NCBI GenBank assembly: GCA_958296135.2 | Contig: CATQHZ020000001.1 | Coordinates: 4,256,001-4,320,000 of the forward strand | Direction: 5' to 3' | DNA: 64,000 bases | Source: an uncultured Poribacteria bacterium | Lineage (GTDB): Bacteria > Poribacteria > WGA-4E > WGA-3G | Part shown: positions 57,432 to 64,000 of the stretch, piece after piece | How positions within the stretch are numbered: the stretch's first letter is position 1 | Layout of the letters: each line of letters begins with the position of its first letter | Notes under the pieces: model-generated | Seen by the model: only the letters and a program-made list of their open reading frames with translations | Told to the model about the DNA's origin: nothing | Databases searched by the model: none | Program-made: the position numbers and the translations under genes

Positions 57432-58670
57432 ATGAAAAAAGTTGACATCATCCCATCTATAAACATGGAACGCCTCAACTGTCTCTTTGGCATTTTGATT
57501 GCACTGCTGACGGTTTGCCTCGGCTGTGATACAAAGCCGAAGGGCCCGAGCAATCTCTCGGTAGGGAAAAGTAAGCTGGTCGACAGCGGGCTCGCGCTAG
57601 AGGCGGTGAAACATCTCGAGAAGGCGGTGCAGGAGGAAGAAAAGAAGGTGGAGCCGCGCGCGCTCCTGCTGCTCGCTTATTCGCACGGGCTCGCCGATAA
57701 CAGTGCGCGCAGCCACGGTGTTGAAGCCGAATACAAAAATCAACGCGCGCAACGGATAGCGGCACTCACCGAGGCGGAAATGAAGGCTATTCTGCAGACG
57801 CTCAACAACCCTTCGCGCATCCGCAAATCAGGCTTGCAAGTGCTCGTTGACAAAGGCACCCCGGCAGCCGCGCTGCTGCTAGAAAGTCTCGTGAAAGGGA
57901 GATATCCTGGGCTCCATGAGAGCTTCACCGAAATGCTGTTCCAGATTGGCAGCGCGGGGCTCCCGCTGATTTTAGAGGCACTCTCGGCGGCGGCGACACC
58001 GTCGCCTGTCAAGGCGAAGCTGGTCCGCGTCATTGCGGACATCGGCGATGAACAGGCGATTGATGCGCTCAAATCCCTGCAACAAACTACGATGGATGCC
58101 GGGCTGACGATGGAGATAAACACGACGCTCTATCAACTCGGCGAGGCTGCCTATAAGGATGCCATCCTCGCGGGGTTAGGCGATAGCGATGTCGCGGTCC
58201 GGCGCGCCGCCGCGAAGGCAATGGTGACTATCCGCGACGTTCCGCCGGAAACCCTCATCGCCGGCCTGAAAGACAGCGATGCCGCCGCGGTCACGGATTT
58301 GGTAAAAGCCCTCGCGATGCACCGCGATACCGCTGCGGTTGAACCGCTGCTAGCTGTCCTCACCGGGGAGCTAAGCAAAACGCCGAAGCAGGCTGCTATT
58401 GATACGCTTGAGATTTATGCGGCGAACAAATTGGCGAAAACGTTGGCCAGGGACGTTACCACGCTCCTCACCGATGGGAAGGTGAGCGATGCAAACAGTA
58501 GGCTCCATCTCGTGTTGCTCCTCAAGCGGGAACCGCTACGCAAGCAGATTCTTGCGACAAACTCTGTCTACCAGTTGGAGTCCAAGCTCTATGAATACTA
58601 TCAAAAGACTGAGCAGAGTGAACAGGTGAAAACCACGCTTTCGCAGTTGTTGGAGCTGCTTTCCCGGTAG
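57432..58670 (+). CDS. HEAT-repeat lipoprotein, paralog 1
   Basis: LGC lipobox-like site; D..VRRAAAKA HEAT units; start may be 57465. Confidence 0.82.
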   Translation: MKKVDIIPSINMERLNCLFGILIALLTVCLGCDTKPKGPSNLSVGKSKLVDSGLALEAVKHLEKAVQEEEKKVEPRALLLLAYSHGLADNSARSHGVEAEYKNQRAQRIAALTEAEMKAILQTLNNPSRIRKSGLQVLVDKGTPAAALLLESLVKGRYPGLHESFTEMLFQIGSAGLPLILEALSAAATPSPVKAKLVRVIADIGDEQAIDALKSLQQTTMDAGLTMEINTTLYQLGEAAYKDAILAGLGDSDVAVRRAAAKAMVTIRDVPPETLIAGLKDSDAAAVTDLVKALAMHRDTAAVEPLLAVLTGELSKTPKQAAIDTLEIYAANKLAKTLARDVTTLLTDGKVSDANSRLHLVLLLKREPLRKQILATNSVYQLESKLYEYYQKTEQSEQVKTTLSQLLELLSR

Positions 58671-58979
58671 GGCTTGGGTTGAAACGGCGCGCTGCATGAA
58701 GTTTCAGGAAAGTGCGCCGAGTAGCACACGGTAAGCACGCCCGCTTTAACCCGTAGGGCAGGGGAAGCCTGTTTCTTGTGGTGCCGCGGCGTCCCGGGGG
58801 CCATACGGCGAGAGCAGGTCCCTCGCCACGCTGCGATTGCCAACATTAATTTTCTTGACACAAAAACGGAATTATTGTAACATATTTGTTAACATTGTGC
58901 TCGCTTTATCCAGAAGGCGCGCTTGCGAAACATGCAGCGCACGCGGAGGCGAGCCTATAGGAGGAAACATAAACGGAAC

Positions 58980-60170
58980 ATGAAAAGAGTTTTGACGATA
59001 TTGCTGCTTATCGCTGTCGTGAGCATCGGCTGCCAACAGGAACAGGTGATTACCCAACTTGAAGTCGGTCGCGCGAAGTTGCTAGACGCGGGCCTTGCCG
59101 TCGAGGCGGTAGAGCACCTCAAGCGTGCCGAGGTGGAAGAAGCAAACAAAGTGGAGCCTCGTGCACTGCTAGTGATTGCTTACGGCTACGCGCTTGATGA
59201 AAACATGGCGAAAGTGCTCCATCTGGAGAACGAATACCAGGCCGAACGCGACCGGCGGATTCCGGAACTGGGCGAATATGAGATGAAGAAAATTCTGCAA
59301 ATTCTTGACGAACGCCACCGCGTCCAGAAATCCGCCATGAAAATCCTTGTTGATAAAGGCGCGCCCGCTGTCCCGTTCGTTTTGGAGGACCTCGTGAAAG
59401 GCCGCTATAAGCATGTCCACAACGACTTAATAGAAATCTTGACGCAGATCGGCTCCAAAGCGGTCGACCAGCTCCTCGCCGCCGCAGGCGACGCGAAAAC
59501 GCCTGCCGCTTTGAAGATGCGGCTCGTCCGAATCATCGGTGACATCGGCGATGTGTCCGCCACTGCCGGCTTGGAATCGCTCGGAAACGCAACACCGCAC
59601 GCCGGGGTAAAGATGGAGGTGAACACCGCACTCTATCTGTTCGGAAACAAAGCGTATCAAGATAAAATCATCGCGGGACTCGACGACAGTGACGTTACCG
59701 TCCGGCGAGCCGCTTCCAAGGCGATGGTTTCTCTCACCGCGCCACCGACAGCCGAGATAGTCAAGGAACTCAAAGATGAAGACGACACCGTGCGGCTGTA
59801 CGCCGCGGAGGCACTACAGAAACATCCTGATGCAAGCGCGGTGGATAACCTCATTGACGCACTCACGAGCAATTCCACCACGCACACCAAGCAGGTGTTT
59901 CTGGATACGCTGAACCTTTACGCCGAAACCGGCCTCGCAAACGGGTTAGCAGGACGGCTCATCACCCTGCTCACAACTACTGAAGTCACTGAGCATGAAG
60001 ACAGGCTCCGCATCGTGCAACTCCTGAAGAAGCCTGCCCTGAGGAAGCAAATTCAAGAGGCAGACCAGTACGACAATCTGCCACACAAACTTGACGATTA
60101 TTTCCGGACGAAAGAAGGCAACGACATGGTGAAAGTCGCGCTCAATGAGCTCCTCCTCGTGCTAGAGTGA
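58980..60170 (+). CDS. HEAT-repeat lipoprotein, paralog 2
   Basis: SIGC lipobox; shares L.D.GLA.EAV.HL..A and KVEPRALL with paralog 1. Confidence 0.85.
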   Translation: MKRVLTILLLIAVVSIGCQQEQVITQLEVGRAKLLDAGLAVEAVEHLKRAEVEEANKVEPRALLVIAYGYALDENMAKVLHLENEYQAERDRRIPELGEYEMKKILQILDERHRVQKSAMKILVDKGAPAVPFVLEDLVKGRYKHVHNDLIEILTQIGSKAVDQLLAAAGDAKTPAALKMRLVRIIGDIGDVSATAGLESLGNATPHAGVKMEVNTALYLFGNKAYQDKIIAGLDDSDVTVRRAASKAMVSLTAPPTAEIVKELKDEDDTVRLYAAEALQKHPDASAVDNLIDALTSNSTTHTKQVFLDTLNLYAETGLANGLAGRLITLLTTTEVTEHEDRLRIVQLLKKPALRKQIQEADQYDNLPHKLDDYFRTKEGNDMVKVALNELLLVLE

Positions 60171-60323
60171 TACACGGCTCCCCAGGCCGTAGCGCGAGGG
60201 ACAGGCCCGCGCCGTGCCGTGAAGTTCCGGAGTCCGTAAGGCGCGGGCCGTTCAAGAAGGTTCGCGGGGGACAGGTTTTCCCTCGCGCTACGGACCACGG
60301 ACGTTTAATATGGAGGCACTTCC

Positions 60324-61490
60324 ATGCAGAACTATCCGAACGACATCAAAATTATCAACATCGAGCAGGTTACCGTGCAAGTAGATCAGCCTGCCATCGG
60401 CTGTAACTCCGGTGCAAAGGAGATAGTCCAGCCGGACCCGAACAGGAAGTGGAATGAACGCATCATCCGCATCCAGACGAACGATGGAACACTCGGATGG
60501 GGGGCTGGCAGTTGGGGCACAACTACCGCCGAAGCCGCGCGAGGCGCGCTTAACCGAAACCCGTTTGAGCTCCTGAATCCGGAAATCGGAGTCGTCGAAG
60601 AGTTCCGTGGGCTTGAAAACGCGCTGTGGGATATTATCGGACGCATTCTCGGCAAGCCGGCGTATCAACTGATGGGGGCCGAGGCACATAGCAACGGACT
60701 CCCCGCTTACGACAGCACTATCTACTTCAATGATCTTCTGTATGACACGAAGGCTGAGGGGCTCAGACGCATCGAAGACGATGTCAAAAGCAGCCTTGCC
60801 AACGGGTTTGTCGCCTGCAAAATGAAAATGGGACGCGGTAACCATCTCATGGAACGTAAGGCGGGGCTCCATCGCGACATTGAACTCGTCCGGCTTGCGC
60901 GCAGCACCGCCGGCGAAGGGTTCACTATCCTCGTGGACGCAAACAATGCGTATACTTACGATGAAGTCATCACTTTTCTCACCGAAACTAGCGATTGCGA
61001 TGTGTTTTGGATCGAGGAGATGTTTGACGAGGATGTTGAATTGTATCGCAACCTCAAAGCGTGGATTCAAGAAAAAGGATTAAAAACGCTCATCGCCGAT
61101 GGCGAAACCCGCACGCGGGAACCGCTTGAATTCTATGAGCCGTTCTTTGAGGCGGGGGTTATTGATGTCATCCAACACGATATGAAAGGGCTTGGGGTGA
61201 CCGGCTGGCGGCGGCTTGCCGATATGGCCGGGGCGGCAAATGTCCAATGCGCGCCGCATAACTGGGGCTCGCTGCTCGGCTTCTTCCTCAGCCTCCAATT
61301 CGGGAAGACGATTCCGCATTTCCTCTACGGCGAGGTTGCAACGCTCACCAGCGATGTCGTGGATACCTCCGGTTTCAAGTTTACGGACGGCTTTTTCACG
61401 GTGCCGGAAACCCCCGGCCTCGGCCTGGAATTGAACGAAGAGGTCTACGCGGAACGTTACGCAGGTCAGGAAGAATGGCAGGTTGCCTAA
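60324..61490 (+). CDS. Mandelate racemase/muconate lactonizing enzyme family protein
   Basis: ALWDI.G, KMKMG, VDAN, WIEE, ADGE, PHNW and PGLG motifs. Confidence 0.9.
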   Translation: MQNYPNDIKIINIEQVTVQVDQPAIGCNSGAKEIVQPDPNRKWNERIIRIQTNDGTLGWGAGSWGTTTAEAARGALNRNPFELLNPEIGVVEEFRGLENALWDIIGRILGKPAYQLMGAEAHSNGLPAYDSTIYFNDLLYDTKAEGLRRIEDDVKSSLANGFVACKMKMGRGNHLMERKAGLHRDIELVRLARSTAGEGFTILVDANNAYTYDEVITFLTETSDCDVFWIEEMFDEDVELYRNLKAWIQEKGLKTLIADGETRTREPLEFYEPFFEAGVIDVIQHDMKGLGVTGWRRLADMAGAANVQCAPHNWGSLLGFFLSLQFGKTIPHFLYGEVATLTSDVVDTSGFKFTDGFFTVPETPGLGLELNEEVYAERYAGQEEWQVA

Positions 61491-61505
61491 AAACCGCCTT
61501 TGGCT

Positions 61506-61698
61506 CGTAGCGCGCGGGAAAACCTGTCCCTCGCGAACCTCCAACCTGGGAGCATCTGAAGGCGACGAACGTTTTCTGATTCGTTCGCGGCCTGGCGAAG
61601 GTCTGGCCCTCGCGAACCTCCACCCTGGGCGAATCCGAAGGCGACGAACGTTTTCTGATTCGTTCGCGGCCTGGCGAGGGACAGGCCCTCGCCCTACG
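61506..61698. repeat. REP cluster with internal ~78-bp duplication
   Basis: GAAGGCGACGAACGTTTTCTGATTCGTTCGCGGCCTGGCGA present twice between REP halves. Confidence 0.8.
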
Positions 61699-61721
61699 GT
61701 ATCAATGCTAGAGACAAACCC

Positions 61722-62798
61722 ATGTCAAAGATTCTCGTCGCGATGAGCGGTGGCGTGGATAGCTCCGTCACTGCCGCCATGATGGTAGACGCGGGGCACG
61801 ATGTCATCGGCATCACTATGCGCCTCGGCGCACCCGATACAATCGAGGTTGAGCCCGAACGTCCCAACTGCTGTTCACTGGAAGGCATTGAGGACGCGCG
61901 CCGCGTCGCCACGCAACTCGGCATCCCTTTCTACGGTGTCAACTACGAGGATATCTTCCGCGAACAGATTATTGATTACTTCGTGGAAGAATATCTCGTC
62001 GGCAGAACGCCGAGCCCGTGCATGGTGTGCAACCGCGAACTGAAGTTCGGTAAACTCCTCGCGCTTGCCGATACGCTGGAGTGCGACTTCATCGCGACAG
62101 GACATTACGCCCGAATTGAACGGCACCCAGAGACAGGACGCGCGCTATTACGCAAGGCACTGAATCCTGAGAAGGACCAGGCCTATTTCCTCGCTGCGCT
62201 CACGCAGGAGCAACTTCGGCGCGCGATGATGCCCCTCGGCGAATATACCAAAGCCGAGGTGCGCGAACTGGCCCGAAAATATCACCTACGCACCGCCGAA
62301 AAGGACGAAAGCCAAGAACTCTGCTTCGTAGCCGATACCAACTACCGACGCTTCCTGCAAGACAGGGTGCCGGAGAGAATTGTGGGCGGCGATATTGTGG
62401 ACAAAGATGGCAACATCCTCGGCAAGCATCAGGGAGTGCCGTTTTATACCGTTGGACAACGGCGCGGGCTCGGTATCGCCGCCGGAAAGCCGCTCTACGT
62501 GACGCAACTCAACGCTTCGGTGAATACCGTCGTCGTTGGGGAATCGGAAGCACTCTTGGCAGACACGATGCACGTCGAGCGGATAAACCTCATTGCCATT
62601 GACAGATTAACGGGGCCGATGCGTGCCACCGTCAAAATCCGTTCCCGCGATGAGGGAGGCATCGCGACGATTTCGCCGCTGAGCGAAACGGAGGCAGTCG
62701 TCAAGTTTGACGCACCGCGCCGAGCAATTACGCCGGGACAAGCCACCGTCTTTTACGATGGCGACTACGTCATCGGCGGGGGTTGGATTAAAGCGTAG
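61722..62798 (+). CDS. mnmA: tRNA-specific 2-thiouridylase
   Basis: AMSGGVDS, TP.PC..CN, ATGHY, KDQ.YFL, SQELCF and TPGQ motifs. Confidence 0.97.
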   Translation: MSKILVAMSGGVDSSVTAAMMVDAGHDVIGITMRLGAPDTIEVEPERPNCCSLEGIEDARRVATQLGIPFYGVNYEDIFREQIIDYFVEEYLVGRTPSPCMVCNRELKFGKLLALADTLECDFIATGHYARIERHPETGRALLRKALNPEKDQAYFLAALTQEQLRRAMMPLGEYTKAEVRELARKYHLRTAEKDESQELCFVADTNYRRFLQDRVPERIVGGDIVDKDGNILGKHQGVPFYTVGQRRGLGIAAGKPLYVTQLNASVNTVVVGESEALLADTMHVERINLIAIDRLTGPMRATVKIRSRDEGGIATISPLSETEAVVKFDAPRRAITPGQATVFYDGDYVIGGGWIKA

Positions 62799-62858
62799 AA
62801 CCCACCTCCCCGTAGGCGCGACCTCCCGGTCGCGATGCCTATGGTTAGGAGAACAAGC

Positions 62859-63536
62859 ATGCAGCAAACCTTCACACCTGAAAACTTCAAAGCCGAATTC
62901 AGAACCCATTTTCAGAAACTCATCATCGCTTGGGGGATTTTGATGGGCGCGCTATTGCTGCTTCACCTTTACCTATGGCAATTCGCACCGTTTTTTGCGA
63001 CCCGAGATTGGATCGAGCCCGATTTAAGGTTTATCGCTGTCGGTGGGAGCATGTTCGGGCTCATCGCTATCGGGCTTTTTAACGGCATTGGGATTGTTGC
63101 CATCAGCACATGTAATGCTGTTGGGATTGTTGCCATCAGTGGTGGTAATGCCGTTGGGATTTTCGCCATCGGTACGAACGCTGTCGGCGTTATCGCCATA
63201 GGCTATAGCACGCTAGGGGTTATCACTATCGGCGGACAAGGCATAGGTATCTATTCCCTGTTCTACCACAAAAGAACGGAGAGAAATGCCCGCTGGTATC
63301 GAGCCAGATACATGCTCGCACCGCACCGTCAGGATGCCGAGGCGGTAGCCTTCTTTGGACGTTTTCATCCGAAGCGTGTTGCTGCAGTCATTCTTCTCGT
63401 TGGGTTCCTCGCTGTTTCTAGCGGCGCGGCTGCGGTAGCACTACCCTGTTCACACTGCGGGGAGATTGTCTTAACGTTGAACAAACAGAACCTTTTTGGT
63501 AAACACCTGATTTATTGCCCGCGTGCCGATCGGTAG
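62859..63536 (+). CDS. Hypothetical membrane protein with 10-aa AVGIVAI repeats
   Basis: AGGAG RBS; repeated NAVGI.AI.G units. Confidence 0.7.
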   Translation: MQQTFTPENFKAEFRTHFQKLIIAWGILMGALLLLHLYLWQFAPFFATRDWIEPDLRFIAVGGSMFGLIAIGLFNGIGIVAISTCNAVGIVAISGGNAVGIFAIGTNAVGVIAIGYSTLGVITIGGQGIGIYSLFYHKRTERNARWYRARYMLAPHRQDAEAVAFFGRFHPKRVAAVILLVGFLAVSSGAAAVALPCSHCGEIVLTLNKQNLFGKHLIYCPRADR

Positions 63537-63620
63537 GTACCCGATGCCCCGGTAGGTTTTCCTCCCGGTCTTGACTCTCCGGTAGGTTTTCCTCCCGCGT
63601 CTCGATGCTAAACTAAAAAC

Positions 63621-64000
63621 ATGCAATACCTATTTGAAAATACCCAACTACCGAACCGCACCCTCATCCGCGGCGATAACTTGGCTGAGATGCGCAAACT
63701 TCCAGACAATATAGTGGCTCTTATCGCGACAGACCCGCCCTTCAACTCCAAACGCGACTATTTCGTGCCTTACCGCGACGAACACGGTAAGGCCCCCGAT
63801 ACGCTCGTTAAGGCGTTCACCGATACGTGGAAATGGGGAGCCGCTGCGGAAGCCGCGTGCGACGAACTCTTATGCGAGGTAGGCGGCGCGATAGGCGAGA
63901 CGATTGAAGGACTCCAAAAGTTCTTAAAGCAGACACCGATGATGGCATACTTGGCGATGATGGCCATCCGTCTGGTGGAGATGCACCGTATTCTCAAACC
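63621..64000 (+). CDS. Site-specific DNA methyltransferase (N4/N6, beta class); partial
   Basis: Manual translation MQYLFENTQLPNRTLIRGDNL...ATDPPFNS...MAYL.MMA.RL.E.HR.L. Confidence 0.88.
   Translation, partial: MQYLFENTQLPNRTLIRGDNLAEMRKLPDNIVALIATDPPFNSKRDYFVPYRDEHGKAPDTLVKAFTDTWKWGAAAEAACDELLCEVGGAIGETIEGLQKFLKQTPMMAYLAMMAIRLVEMHRILK

Noticed and set aside
1-64000. RAYT or other transposase responsible for the REPs
   Set aside because: No ORF with HUH/Y1 or DDE motifs was recognised in this window, so the mobilising enzyme is inferred rather than observed.

Overview
Bacterial chromosomal window of moderately high GC. It probably comes from Candidatus Poribacteria or a relative; this is inferred from the PhyH dioxygenases, sulfatases, LamG proteins with a '...GRLTTxWxxIK' tail, and CRTAC1/TPR/ankyrin proteins. 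About 55 CDSs are supported. They include housekeeping genes (murB, lpxK, lpxB, argC, ogt, rpe, apt, secD, secF, mnmA), sugar and sulfate catabolism genes, a MazF-type toxin-antitoxin locus, a large R-M fusion enzyme and a partial DNA methyltransferase, plus one tRNA-Arg(CCT). The most striking feature is a dense population of several GTAG-type REP palindrome families. These sit in-frame inside at least six proteins (three in LpxK), supply stop codons, mark tandem-duplication junctions, and host a second hairpin element inserted at one fixed position in the REP centre (6 copies). Other unusual items are two RDD-PspA fusion genes, a nuclease-less triple Mrr_N protein, a mosaic array of three PD-(D/E)XK-like paralogs, and a candidate standalone structured sRNA. 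No CRISPR array, integrase or transposase was seen. All calls are by eye; no searches were run.
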